A DNA stretch of 30,430 nucleotides from a candidate division WOR-3 bacterium (GTDB lineage: Bacteria; Hydrothermota; Hydrothermia; B15-G9). The stretch covers positions 1-30,430 of the forward strand of contig JAMOPK010000364.1 of NCBI GenBank assembly GCA_027064565.1. The letters run 5' to 3'. The translations under genes and the position numbers were made by a program. Below the pieces are notes generated by a model that was not told where the DNA came from, made no database searches, and saw only the letters and a list, made by a program, of their open reading frames with translations. Of the stretch, positions 1 to 9,818 are shown piece by piece; the stretch's first letter is position 1; the number at the start of each line of letters is the position of its first letter.

Positions 1-25
1 CGACTCCCCTCAGCTCCATGCTCGT

Positions 26-53
26 GCGGAGCGCCGAAGCGCTCCGCTTTTTA
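26..53 (+). terminator. Intrinsic terminator hairpin, possibly bidirectional, at the 3' end of purB
   Basis: GCGGAGCGC-cgaa-GCGCTCCGC perfect 9-bp stem (26-47) followed by TTTTTA on the + strand; lies 13 bp past the purB stop. Confidence 0.85.
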
Positions 54-59
54 TTTCAT

Positions 60-1364
60 TCACATCCCGAATCGCTCGAAAATCCTATCGACCCACCGGA
101 GGTAATCGTGTTCAAGGGCCTTTTTGATCTCGTCTTCTGAAAGGACCTCCCTGATGTTCGGATGTTTTTTGATCTCAGCGGCAAAGGAAGTTTTCTTCTC
201 AAATGCCCTGTGGGCGCATTCCTTGACCCACGCATAAGCCTCCGACCTCTGAACCCCCTTGCTCACAAGGGCAAGCAGGACGGGTTCCGAGAGGTAGAAA
301 TCCCCGAACCTGCGCATGTTCTTCTCTATCTGGTCTTTTCTGATCTCAAGCCCCCGCAGTATCTTTGCGGTCTGATCCAGCATGAAATAAAGCGTTGCAG
401 TCATGTCCGGCCACACGAACCGCTCGACCGAGGAGTGGGAGATGTCACGCTCGTGCCACAGAGCGACGTTTTCGTGTGCGGCAATGGTCAGTGACCTCAA
501 CAGCCTTGCAAGGCCGTCGAGACGCTCCGATTTGATGGGATTCCGCTTGTGGGGCATGGCCGATGAACCGCGCTGTTGACGGCCAAAAGGCTCAAACATT
601 TCCTGAACCTCGGTTCTCTGAAGCAGCCTTATTTCAAGGGCGAACCGTTCGATGAATTCACCGATCAGGGCGATTACGGACATCGCATAGGCATGTCTAT
701 CCCGTGGCACGATCTGGGTGGATACCGGTTCGGGGACAAGGCCCAACTTCTTGAGGGCGAGCTCCTCGACGCAGGGGTCGATGAAGCTGTAATTTCCCAC
801 CGCTCCGGAGATTTTTCCGTGAGAGACCTCATCGATGGCGCTGTCCAGGCGCTCGATGTCCCTGAGCGATTCGGAGTAGTAGCCGAGGAATTTCAGGCCG
901 AGCGAAGTCGGCTCGGCAAAAACGCCGTGCGTCCTGCCCATTATGGGCTGATGGCGGAACTCCTGCGCCTTCTCCCGAAGGAGCTGGCTCACGTCAATGA
1001 GTTTCGTTTTGATGGCCTTCAGCGCTTCCCTGAGAATCATCGATCCGGCGGTGTCAACCACGTCGCTCGATGTCAACCCGTAGTGGACGAAGCGCGCCAG
1101 CGGCCCCATCAGCTCCTCAATAGCCATCAGGAAGGCTATGACGTTGTGGTCAACGGATTTTTCGATCTCTTTCGCCCGTTGGACAAAACCCGTCATGTCG
1201 ATCTCACGAATGACCTTCCCCAATCTTTCGGGCACTTCGGGCGGTATCAGTCCACATTCCGCCTCCGCTTCAGCAACAGCAAGTTCCACATCCAGCCATC
1301 TGGCATAGACGTTCTCCTCGCTCCAGATGCGCTCCATCTCCGGCAACAGATACCTCGAAACCAT
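60..1364 (-). CDS. purB: Adenylosuccinate lyase
   Basis: 434 aa; fumarase/lyase-family signature GSSAMPHKRNP, GRTHG (catalytic His), GAVGN, and LWHERDISHSSVER typical of PurB. Confidence 0.96.
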   Translation of the reverse strand: MVSRYLLPEMERIWSEENVYARWLDVELAVAEAEAECGLIPPEVPERLGKVIREIDMTGFVQRAKEIEKSVDHNVIAFLMAIEELMGPLARFVHYGLTSSDVVDTAGSMILREALKAIKTKLIDVSQLLREKAQEFRHQPIMGRTHGVFAEPTSLGLKFLGYYSESLRDIERLDSAIDEVSHGKISGAVGNYSFIDPCVEELALKKLGLVPEPVSTQIVPRDRHAYAMSVIALIGEFIERFALEIRLLQRTEVQEMFEPFGRQQRGSSAMPHKRNPIKSERLDGLARLLRSLTIAAHENVALWHERDISHSSVERFVWPDMTATLYFMLDQTAKILRGLEIRKDQIEKNMRRFGDFYLSEPVLLALVSKGVQRSEAYAWVKECAHRAFEKKTSFAAEIKKHPNIREVLSEDEIKKALEHDYLRWVDRIFERFGM

Positions 1365-1367
1365 GAA

Positions 1368-2735
1368 TTATTCCCCCTTTTTGATGTTGTATTTGGTCAA
1401 TTTCCTGTAAAGCGTTGACAGGTCTATCCCGAGGATGGCCGCTGCCCGCTTTTTGTCCCATTGGGTCGCATCAAGGACAAATTTGATGTATCTTTCCTCA
1501 AGCTTTTCCAGGGACAGCAGGCCATCGCTCAGGAACCTTTCAAAGACCTCGCCCTTCATTCCTGCGGCACCTTTGCGCAGTTCATCGGGCAGGTCGTCGG
1601 GGCCGATGATATCCGTCTGGGAAAGGATAAGTGCCTGCTCTACTACATGCTCCAGCTCCCTGACGTTTCCAGGCCAGGGATACCGCTGAAGGAGATCAAG
1701 GGCTTCACGTGAGAATTTCTTAGGAGGGAGACCGTGTTTCAGCGAATATTTGCGGACGAAGTAATCGACGAGCAACGGGATATCGCTTTTGCGCTCCCTC
1801 AGGGGCGGCAGTTTTATCGTGATGACGTTCAGCCTGTAAAAAAGGTCTTCCCTGAACTTCTTTTCCTGAACAAGCCTTTTCAGGTCTTTGTTGGTCGCTG
1901 CAAGGATCCTGACATTCACCTTTATCGGTCTGGTCGAGCCGAGGGGGGTGATTTCCTTTGTCTCTATGACACGCAGGAGCTTGGCCTGCAGTTTGGGCGA
2001 TGTCTCGCTGATCTCATCCAGAAACAGGGTTCCGCCGTTGGCCGCGACGAAAAGCCCTTTTTTGTCAGATGTTGCGCCTGTAAAAGCCCCCTTTTTGTGC
2101 CCAAAAAGCTCGCTTTCCAGCAGGTCCTCCGGGATAGACGCCATGTTGATGGCTATGAATGGGCCGTCCGAGCGGTTGCTTAGAGAGTGTATCTCCCGTG
2201 CGATTAGCTCTTTCCCCGTGCCGCTTTCTCCGTAAATCATGACGGTGGAGTCGGTTCGTGCTATGATCCTGACCTTTTCCAGAACAGCCCTGAAAGACGG
2301 ATGCTCACCTATCAGCTTCTCAGATTTGCGGTATTTCTCCACCTCTTCCCTTAACTTGATGTTCTCGTGTTGCAACCGCCTATAATCGAATGCCTTGCTC
2401 ACAACAAGCTTCATCTCATCCAGATCGAAAGGCTTGATGATGTAATCGAATGCCCCCTTTCGGAGAGCCTCAATGGCGGATTCAACGGAGGCATAGGCGG
2501 TCATAACGATCACCGTTACATCTCCGATCTCACGTAGGGCAGACAGAAGCTCAAGTCCATTCATGTCTTCCATGCGGACATCCACTATTGCGACGTCCGG
2601 CATAGTTTCGGAAGCGCTCTCAAGCGCTTCCCTGCCCGAATATGCCACTTTCACATCGTGTCCCTCCTGCGAGAGGGCTATCTGGAGCATGTTCGCCACA
2701 CCCTTCTCATCATCCACAACGAGAATCTTTCCCAT
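1368..2735 (-). CDS. pilR: Sigma-54-dependent response regulator (NtrC family, PilR-like)
   Basis: REC domain (ILVVDDE, DVRM), Walker A GESGTGKE, GAFTGA loop, Walker B LFLDEI, YPWPGNVRELE, Fis-type HTH. Start reassigned to ATG 2735 (GAGGTG upstream; 455 aa). The PilR label rests on synteny with pilBTC and the kinase. Confidence 0.9.
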   Translation of the reverse strand: MGKILVVDDEKGVANMLQIALSQEGHDVKVAYSGREALESASETMPDVAIVDVRMEDMNGLELLSALREIGDVTVIVMTAYASVESAIEALRKGAFDYIIKPFDLDEMKLVVSKAFDYRRLQHENIKLREEVEKYRKSEKLIGEHPSFRAVLEKVRIIARTDSTVMIYGESGTGKELIAREIHSLSNRSDGPFIAINMASIPEDLLESELFGHKKGAFTGATSDKKGLFVAANGGTLFLDEISETSPKLQAKLLRVIETKEITPLGSTRPIKVNVRILAATNKDLKRLVQEKKFREDLFYRLNVITIKLPPLRERKSDIPLLVDYFVRKYSLKHGLPPKKFSREALDLLQRYPWPGNVRELEHVVEQALILSQTDIIGPDDLPDELRKGAAGMKGEVFERFLSDGLLSLEKLEERYIKFVLDATQWDKKRAAAILGIDLSTLYRKLTKYNIKKGE

Positions 2736-2739
2736 AACT

Positions 2740-4407
2740 TCACACCTCAGAGTTTTTCTTGTTCCGACGGGGGAGCAACAACAGGAATATTGTCCCCTCT
2801 CCCTCCTGAGTATCGAAATCCACGCTGCCACCGTGGATTTTAGCAATCCTTCGGGTCATAGCAAGCCCGAGACCGAGTCCCTGAGCCTTGGTGGTGAAGG
2901 AGGGGGTGAAAATCTTGTTGATGATGCCTTTGTTGATACCCGGCCCGTTGTCTTTCACATAGACACCCCAGTATCCGCCCGGCACTGTCCAGCTTTTATG
3001 CCATCCTGAGACCCTGTCGCCCTGTCCGACGACCCCTATGGTTATATCGCCGCCCTTCACGGCAAGGGCATCGGCGCTGTTCCTTACAAGGTTCACAACG
3101 GCTTCCTCCAGCCGTTCATCGTCGAAACATGCTATTTCTGGCGGGTTGTGGAAAACCAATCTCAGATTTATGTCCTGAAGTTCACCGATCATGTATCGAA
3201 GTTTTCTGATAAGCGAATCGAAGAAATCCTTAACATTATGCTCCTTGCACACGAGGTCCATGTTATGCGAAAACTGTCGATATTGGTGCAGGATGCTCGA
3301 AATCTTTGTGATTTCTTCGTCCAGGATATCCATGAGTTTTTCAGTGTCTTTCGGAGATGCCCCCTTCTTCAGCATCTGCACCACTCCTTTAAGGGCAGCC
3401 ACAGGGTTGCCGAGCGAATGCACCATTTCGGCCATCTGCTGGCCGAGCAACGCATATTTCTCTTGCTCCCTGAGCCTTTCCTGTAACTTTTTCTGTTCCG
3501 TTACGTCCTGAATGGTGAAGATAAACCTCTGAGCATTCGGGAGATTGGAAAAAATGACAAGATAATTCCTCCCGTTAAATGACAATTCCTTTTCATAACT
3601 ATCCTTGTTTCTGGAATTTCCTTCTGCAGACTGATTTTGGAAAATCGAGTATAACTGAGGCCATAATGTCCTCACTTGCTCGATGTTTTTCAGGACAGAT
3701 TTTGAGTTCTTGTCCTGCAAAACGCGCTTAGCTGCGTCGTTTATGTAAAGCACGTTGCCCGTCCTATCCAGAACCAGCACAGCGGATGGGATGTTTTGCA
3801 GGATAAACGATGTGTCCATGCGGGCACGAGTGAGCGACTCCTTCAACCTGCCGAGTTCAATTGTCTTGGATTTCACTGCCTCGGCAAAATAGCTCGAAAG
3901 GGCAGCAATGAAAAAGAGAAACAGGGATTGCAAGAACGCTTTTGCGGCAAGTGCGGGAAGCCCCTCAGGGTTAGCGTTTTCCAGCCAGTCACCCGGAGGG
4001 AGGATATCTTTGTAAATCAGAAAAACCATAAAACCGAGCATCAGGGAGGAGTAAAAGGCGGCGAAGAAAGCCCCCTTGCTGGACAGGACAACGGCAGCGG
4101 CAATTATAGCTATCCCATAGAGAAAAAGGAACGAACTGTTGAGGGCACCGGTCATGAAAATAATTGCCGTGTAAATGGATATGTCGAGGGCAAAAAGCAA
4201 GTAAGCGAACACGGTTCGTGGTTTGCTCGCTCTGATGTAATAGCCAAGAGCGAAGGTCAGAATGTAGATGGAAAATATGAAAAATGCTATGCGGGCGACG
4301 AACTCGGTGCCTAAAAAACGATAGTAATAGGCAGCTGTGCCAAGGATAGCGGTAACGGAAGAAATCCTAAGAATCGAGAGCCACCTATATCCTTTTTCAA
4401 GCATCAT
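2740..4407 (-). CDS. pilS: Membrane sensor histidine kinase (PilS-like): about 6 TM, PAS-like, HisKA, HATPase
   Basis: Multi-TM N-terminus, PAS-like segment (VLDRTGNVLYINDAA), H-box HSLGNP, N-box NLVRNS, G1 DNGPGI, F/G2 FTTKAQGLGLGL; ATGA overlap with the pilC stop. Confidence 0.85.
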   Translation of the reverse strand: MMLEKGYRWLSILRISSVTAILGTAAYYYRFLGTEFVARIAFFIFSIYILTFALGYYIRASKPRTVFAYLLFALDISIYTAIIFMTGALNSSFLFLYGIAIIAAAVVLSSKGAFFAAFYSSLMLGFMVFLIYKDILPPGDWLENANPEGLPALAAKAFLQSLFLFFIAALSSYFAEAVKSKTIELGRLKESLTRARMDTSFILQNIPSAVLVLDRTGNVLYINDAAKRVLQDKNSKSVLKNIEQVRTLWPQLYSIFQNQSAEGNSRNKDSYEKELSFNGRNYLVIFSNLPNAQRFIFTIQDVTEQKKLQERLREQEKYALLGQQMAEMVHSLGNPVAALKGVVQMLKKGASPKDTEKLMDILDEEITKISSILHQYRQFSHNMDLVCKEHNVKDFFDSLIRKLRYMIGELQDINLRLVFHNPPEIACFDDERLEEAVVNLVRNSADALAVKGGDITIGVVGQGDRVSGWHKSWTVPGGYWGVYVKDNGPGINKGIINKIFTPSFTTKAQGLGLGLAMTRRIAKIHGGSVDFDTQEGEGTIFLLLLPRRNKKNSEV

Positions 4408-5606
4408 TCAGTCTGGATCGTGCCTGCCAGACCGAATATAGGCAGGTAAAGCGCTATCAAGATACCTCCTACAAATCCGCCCAGAAAAACAAGCATTACC
4501 GGCTCTATAACGGAAGCCAATGCCTCAACTGCCGCATCAACTTCCTCCTCATAGAAATCAGCAACTTTTTCAAGCATGTCACTCAATTTACCTGTCTGCT
4601 CACCGACGGTGATCAGATGGATGACAAGCGGAGGGAAAATGCCGCTGTCCCTTAGAGGAGCAGCAAGGCTTTTACCCTCGCCTATGTTCTTTCTCGCGTT
4701 AAGTATCGCTTCTTCAATAACTTTGTTTCCGACAACACGAGAAGTGATCTCAAGACTTTCCAGTATAGGGACACCGTTCCTGATGAGGATACTTAGTGTC
4801 CTCGAGAATCTTGTAAGAGCTGTTTTCAACACCAGAGATCCCACAATAGGGATTTTAAGCAATAATTTATCCCACTTGTAACGTATCGATGGGATTTTCA
4901 AAAGCCTTTTTATCAAAATGATGAAGCCGACTATTCCGCCGATTATGTAAAGAAGGTTCTTTTGCATGAACTGACTGACATTAAGGAGGAGCTGGGTCGG
5001 CCCGGGCAATTCGCTGCCCACATCGGCATAAAGGGATGCAAAGGTGGGAACAAGTTTAACCAGCATGAGGATAACAACACCAATCGTCACAATGAGCACC
5101 ACCATCGGATAGGCCATTGCTGATTTCACCTTCCCCTGCAACGCCGTGATCTTTTCGTAGTATTCGGCTACACGTGTGAGGGTTGAGGCAAGTGAACCGC
5201 CTGTCTCACCCACATCGACCATGCTGATGAAGAAATCGCCAAACATTTTATGATGTTTTCTGAGCGCATCACCGAGGGTTTTACCGCCTTCCACTTCTCT
5301 TTTCACATCAGTAAGTGCTTCTCTCAACTTGTCCTTTGTTGCCTGCTCGGCAAGGATACCGAGCGCCTGAACCGCCGGGATACCAGCATTTATCATAGTA
5401 GCAAACTGACGGCTTATAAGAGCGAGGTCCTTGGCAGTAACCCGCTGGAAGAAAGAAAAGGATAATCCTCCTTTTGTCTCATTGATCGTCTCAATGATGA
5501 TACCCCGATCCCTGAGTCGTTTAACAGCTTCTTCGAGGCTCTTAGCCCTAATTTTACCACTTACCGGCCGCCGATTCATGCGGCCAGTCCATGCAAAAGT
5601 AGGCAT
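4404..5606 (-). CDS. pilC: Type IV pilus inner-membrane platform protein (T2SS-F family)
   Basis: 400 aa; RQFATMINAGIP, GETGGSL, KVKSAMAYP, GEQTGKLSDML, EPVMLVFLG, LYLPIF motifs. Confidence 0.95.
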   Translation of the reverse strand: MPTFAWTGRMNRRPVSGKIRAKSLEEAVKRLRDRGIIIETINETKGGLSFSFFQRVTAKDLALISRQFATMINAGIPAVQALGILAEQATKDKLREALTDVKREVEGGKTLGDALRKHHKMFGDFFISMVDVGETGGSLASTLTRVAEYYEKITALQGKVKSAMAYPMVVLIVTIGVVILMLVKLVPTFASLYADVGSELPGPTQLLLNVSQFMQKNLLYIIGGIVGFIILIKRLLKIPSIRYKWDKLLLKIPIVGSLVLKTALTRFSRTLSILIRNGVPILESLEITSRVVGNKVIEEAILNARKNIGEGKSLAAPLRDSGIFPPLVIHLITVGEQTGKLSDMLEKVADFYEEEVDAAVEALASVIEPVMLVFLGGFVGGILIALYLPIFGLAGTIQTE

Positions 5607-5632
5607 CTATCAACACCCCCATGAAATTTAGT

Positions 5633-6712
5633 TTACGCGAATATCAAGCCTGATTCCCTTCCCATGCGTTTTAGCTCTTCAGGATTCGGGGAGGCCAGCA
5701 TGGCCGTCTGCCACGATATCAAATTTTTCTTGACAAGTTCGAGGAGAGACATGTTCATCGTCTTCATGCCATACCTCTGGCTCGTCTGGATAACGCCGTA
5801 GATCTCATGCAAGCGGGCTTCACGGATAAGAGTTCTGATAGCCGGCGTGGCGATCATTATCTCCGTTGCAAGTGCAAGGCCTTTGCCGCTTGCTCTCGGC
5901 AGAAGCCTTTGAGCTATAACCGCTTCTAAGACCTGAGCGAGCTGTGTTCTGACCTGCGATTGTTGATGGGCGGGGAAAACATCGATGATCCTGTTGACCG
6001 ATTCAATGGCCGAATAGGTGTGCAAGGTCGCAAAGACGAGGTGACCAGTCTCTGCAGCTGTCAGGGCAAGGGCAATTGTTTCTTTGTCGCGCATCTCACC
6101 CACCATGATGACATCAGGGTCCTGACGCAGAGCATATTTCAATGCATTGGCAAAGGATTTTGTGTCCTGGTCAATCTCACGTTGCGAGATTATTGACAGT
6201 CTCGGCTGATACACGTATTCGATCGGGTCTTCCACGGTCAGGATGTGTTCTGCGCGTTCGTTGTTTATTTTGTTTATGAGGGAAGCGAGAGTAGTGGATT
6301 TACCGCTACCCGTCGGCCCCGTAACAAGAACGAGGCCCTGTGATTTCTGGGTCAGTCCTGCGACTACCGGTGGGAGTCCGAGAGCTTCAGGAGTGGGGAT
6401 TCTGACCGGAATCCTTCGTATAGCCGCTGCTACAGTTCCCTGCTGCCAGTAGGCATTTGCCCTGAAACGGCTCAGTCCGGCAATCGAGATTGCAAAGTCG
6501 AGTTCCATTTCGTTTTCAAACCTGAGTTTCTGTTGGTCATTCAAAACGCTATAGATTAACATTCTGGTTTCTGCTGCTGTAAGTGGTTCTGTCCCAAGCG
6601 GAGTCAGTTTTTTATCAATACGCAAATACGGGGGTATCCCTGCTATGATGTGCAGATCCGTTGCCCTCTGTTCAACGGTTATCCTCAAAAGTTGTTCCAT
6701 TGTGTATCCCAT
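5633..6712 (-). CDS. pilT: Type IV pilus retraction ATPase
   Basis: 359 aa; Walker A GPTGSGKSTT, TVEDPIEY, LRQDPDVIMVGEMRD, AETGHLVFATLHT, AIRTLIRE (AIRNLIRE variant). Confidence 0.95.
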   Translation of the reverse strand: MGYTMEQLLRITVEQRATDLHIIAGIPPYLRIDKKLTPLGTEPLTAAETRMLIYSVLNDQQKLRFENEMELDFAISIAGLSRFRANAYWQQGTVAAAIRRIPVRIPTPEALGLPPVVAGLTQKSQGLVLVTGPTGSGKSTTLASLINKINNERAEHILTVEDPIEYVYQPRLSIISQREIDQDTKSFANALKYALRQDPDVIMVGEMRDKETIALALTAAETGHLVFATLHTYSAIESVNRIIDVFPAHQQSQVRTQLAQVLEAVIAQRLLPRASGKGLALATEIMIATPAIRTLIREARLHEIYGVIQTSQRYGMKTMNMSLLELVKKNLISWQTAMLASPNPEELKRMGRESGLIFA

Positions 6713-6713
6713 T

Positions 6714-8414
6714 TTAATCCTCCACGGTTGCTCTCAGGACTTCCTGGATGGTTGTTTTTCCAGCCAATAGCTTCTTTATTCCCGCCTCACGCAAGGTCAC
6801 CATCCCTTGCTCTATGGCCTTTTCTTTAATGGCGTGAGTAGGGGCATTTTTAAGGATAAGCTCCCTGATCTCAGGTGTTATCTTCATCACTTCATACAAA
6901 CCTTCACGGCCGGAATAGCCGGTATTGTTACAGGCATTACACCCTTTGCCATAGTAGAGCGTGGCTCCCCGCAGCTCATCTTCGCTCAAATTTAGCTTCA
7001 AAAGGTCATCTTTTGTCGGATGATAAGGGGTCTTACATTTAGGACAAATTTTTTTGACAAGACGCTGAGCCACAATGAGGTTCAGCGAAGCGGCGACAAG
7101 ATACGGGGGGATGCCCATATCGATCAACCTGCTGACGGTGCTCGGTGCGTCGTTGGTGTGCAACGTTGAAAGCACAAGGTGACCTGTAAGTGCCGCTCGA
7201 ATAGCGATCTCCGCCGTTTCGGTATCACGTATCTCACCCACGAGGATAATGTCCGGGTCCTGACGCAAGAACGCCCTCAATGCAACAGCGAATGTCAGGC
7301 CGATGTCCTCCCTGATCTGGACCTGATTTATGCCCGGAAAGTCATATTCGACCGGATCTTCAGCCGTCATGATGTTGACTTCGGGCTTGTTCAACCTCGA
7401 AATTGCGGAGTAAAGCGTTGTCGTTTTACCGCTACCCGTCGGACCTGTAACCAGGATGATGCCGTAAGGCCTCTGGATAGCCTCAAGGAACAGTTTAAGC
7501 GCCTGCTCTTCCATGCCCAATTTTGATAGGTCAAATTTAAGGTTGCTCTTATCCAGAATACGCATAACCACCTTTTCGCCGAACAGGGTTGGCAGGGTGG
7601 AAACACGCAGATCGATGACGCGACCATCAGGCAGTTTCATCTTGATGTGACCGTCCTGAGGCAAACGGCGCTCAGCGATATCCAGCCTCGACATAATCTT
7701 TATCCTTGAAACGACCGCATCCCTGTAGCGCTGAGGGATAGGCATAACTTCATGCAAAACGCCATCGATCCTGAACCTGACACGAACAAACCTCTCATAA
7801 GGCTCTATGTGGATATCGCTTGCACGTCTCTTAACCGCCTCTATGATTATGCCGTTAACCAGTTTTACAACCGGCGCTTCTTCAACGAGTGCAGCCGCTG
7901 TCTCAGGGGATGTCTCCTCTTCCTCCATAACCTCAAGTTCACTATCAGACTCTTTCAGGCTTTCAAGTATCTCTTTCAGTTTGTCTTCCGCCCCGTAATA
8001 CTGGTCAATGGCCCTCATAATGGAGGTTTCTGTGGCAAGCACAGGCTCGATGTCGAATCCAGTTATAAACTTCAGGTTGTCGACAATAGTGTAATCGGTG
8101 GGGTCGCTCATGGCTACAATCAACGTGCGCCCTCTCCTCTTGATAGGGAAAACCTTGTATTTTCTCGCAAGTTCCACCGGAACGTATTTGAATATGCTGG
8201 GATCAACGTCTTCGGTTGTGGGGTCAACCACAGGTATTCGATAAATTTCTCCAAGTGTTCGAATCACATCATCTTCGGAAGCTATTCCCATTTTGGGGAT
8301 CAATTTTACAAGGCTGAGATTGGAGTTTTTACGTTCCTCCAGAAGCATCTCAGCCTGTTCCTTGGTCACGATTTTGGCACGTAAAAGGGCATTCAATATT
8401 CTCCTGTCATCCAC
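6714..8414 (-). CDS. pilB: Type IV pilus assembly ATPase
   Basis: 566 aa; ASDIHIEP, LDIAERRLPQDG, Walker A GPTGSGKTT, LRQDPDIILVGEIRD, tetracysteine CPKC...CNAC. Confidence 0.95.
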   Translation of the reverse strand: MDDRRILNALLRAKIVTKEQAEMLLEERKNSNLSLVKLIPKMGIASEDDVIRTLGEIYRIPVVDPTTEDVDPSIFKYVPVELARKYKVFPIKRRGRTLIVAMSDPTDYTIVDNLKFITGFDIEPVLATETSIMRAIDQYYGAEDKLKEILESLKESDSELEVMEEEETSPETAAALVEEAPVVKLVNGIIIEAVKRRASDIHIEPYERFVRVRFRIDGVLHEVMPIPQRYRDAVVSRIKIMSRLDIAERRLPQDGHIKMKLPDGRVIDLRVSTLPTLFGEKVVMRILDKSNLKFDLSKLGMEEQALKLFLEAIQRPYGIILVTGPTGSGKTTTLYSAISRLNKPEVNIMTAEDPVEYDFPGINQVQIREDIGLTFAVALRAFLRQDPDIILVGEIRDTETAEIAIRAALTGHLVLSTLHTNDAPSTVSRLIDMGIPPYLVAASLNLIVAQRLVKKICPKCKTPYHPTKDDLLKLNLSEDELRGATLYYGKGCNACNNTGYSGREGLYEVMKITPEIRELILKNAPTHAIKEKAIEQGMVTLREAGIKKLLAGKTTIQEVLRATVED

Positions 8415-8436
8415 TTCTCACAGCCCCCCTGATGTT

Positions 8437-9177
8437 TTATGTCAGGCCGCCATCTATTATAAAGGTCTGGCCAGTTATGTAACTCGCCCTATCCGAGCAG
8501 AGAAAGGCGACGAGCTCGGCCACATCTTCAGGTTTACCAAACCTCCTCAAAGGGATATTGCTGAAGTAGGCCTTTTTCACCTCATCTGGCAGAACAGCGG
8601 TCATATCGGTCTCGATGAAGCCCGGTGCCACCGCCACAACCCTGACGTTTCTCGGCCCGACCTCCTTGGCAAGGGATTTTGTGAATGCTATGAGTCCGGC
8701 TTTAGAAGCGGCATAGTTGGTTTGCCCGGCGTTGCCGATTATCCCCACGACCGATGAAATGTTCACGATAACGCCACTCCTTTGCTTCATCATCTGGCGG
8801 ATCACGGCTTTTGAAAAATTAAATGCACCTTTCAGGTTGACCGAGATGACCCTGTCCCAATCCTCCTCCTTCATCCGCATCAGCAACGTGTCCCTCGTTA
8901 TCCCGGCGTTGTTGACCAAAAAATCCACCCTTTTCCAGTGACTGATGACTTCATTAACGCCGTCAGCAACTGCCCTTGAGTCCGTCACGTCCAGCGGGAT
9001 GGCCACGGCTTCGCCGCCGGCTCCCTTGATTTCTCCAACAAGTTCATTCAAAGCCTCTGCGTTCCTCGCGACGAGTGCGACCCTTGCCCCTTCACCGGCA
9101 AACTTCAACGCTATGGCCCTACCGATGCCGCGGCTGGCACCGGTGACGATGGCAATCTTCCCTTCAAATTCCTTCAT
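8437..9177 (-). CDS. fabG: 3-oxoacyl-ACP reductase
   Basis: 246 aa SDR; TGASRGIG, NNAGITRDTLLMRM, catalytic YAASK, GQTNY. Confidence 0.93.
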   Translation of the reverse strand: MKEFEGKIAIVTGASRGIGRAIALKFAGEGARVALVARNAEALNELVGEIKGAGGEAVAIPLDVTDSRAVADGVNEVISHWKRVDFLVNNAGITRDTLLMRMKEEDWDRVISVNLKGAFNFSKAVIRQMMKQRSGVIVNISSVVGIIGNAGQTNYAASKAGLIAFTKSLAKEVGPRNVRVVAVAPGFIETDMTAVLPDEVKKAYFSNIPLRRFGKPEDVAELVAFLCSDRASYITGQTFIIDGGLT

Positions 9178-9811
9178 GTGAGATCCTCCTCGAGATGGAA
9201 TCCGCGAACCTTATGGGTTCGGGCAATTTGTAGCCCCTTGTGAGGTTTAAAATCCACTTCACACTCGACTCGACATCAATGAGGTGGCCTGGTGAAATGA
9301 AAACAGGCTTTACCCTGTCACGGGTGCGAACCACCGCACCGATAACCCTGCCATCCGCCATAAGGGGTGACCAGCTCCCCCGTCCTTCGGATGGCATGAC
9401 AAATTTGCCGAAAAGATGCGATTTTGCACATCCTATCGTCGGGAGTCCCACGGTAACGCCGAAATGGGCAGCTATACCCAGCCCCCTCGGATGGGCAATT
9501 CCCTGACCGTCCACCACTATCAAGTCAGGCTTCTTTGCGAGCTTCCTGAAGGCCTCGAGCAAGGCCGGCAACTCCCTGAAAGATAGAAAAGTCGGAATGT
9601 AAGGGAATTCGACCGGTGCAGTGTGATGGGCGATCTCAACAAGCTTCAGGGACGGATAGGAAAGAAGGGCGACAACAGCAGTCATCTCGTTCTTTGAACG
9701 GTTGTAAGATACATCGCAACCGGCGACGTAACGGACATCCCCATCGAATTTATCGAGCCTGACGCTGCCAGCAAGCCTGATTTGAAGCTCTTTCAATTTG
9801 TCCAGTTCCAT
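9164..9811 (-). CDS. nfi: Endonuclease V (deoxyinosine 3' endonuclease)
   Basis: 215 aa; AGCDVSY, PYIPTFLSFRELP, DGQGIAHPRGLGIAAH, IGCAKS, KPVFISPG, LPEPIRFAD. Confidence 0.95.
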   Translation of the reverse strand: MELDKLKELQIRLAGSVRLDKFDGDVRYVAGCDVSYNRSKNEMTAVVALLSYPSLKLVEIAHHTAPVEFPYIPTFLSFRELPALLEAFRKLAKKPDLIVVDGQGIAHPRGLGIAAHFGVTVGLPTIGCAKSHLFGKFVMPSEGRGSWSPLMADGRVIGAVVRTRDRVKPVFISPGHLIDVESSVKWILNLTRGYKLPEPIRFADSISRRISHEGI

Positions 9812-9818
9812 CGTTTCA

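Noticed and set aside
2736-2846. 37-aa N-terminal extension of the response regulator
   Set aside because: Overlaps the kinase C-terminus; ATG 2735 has an SD and starts exactly at the REC domain.
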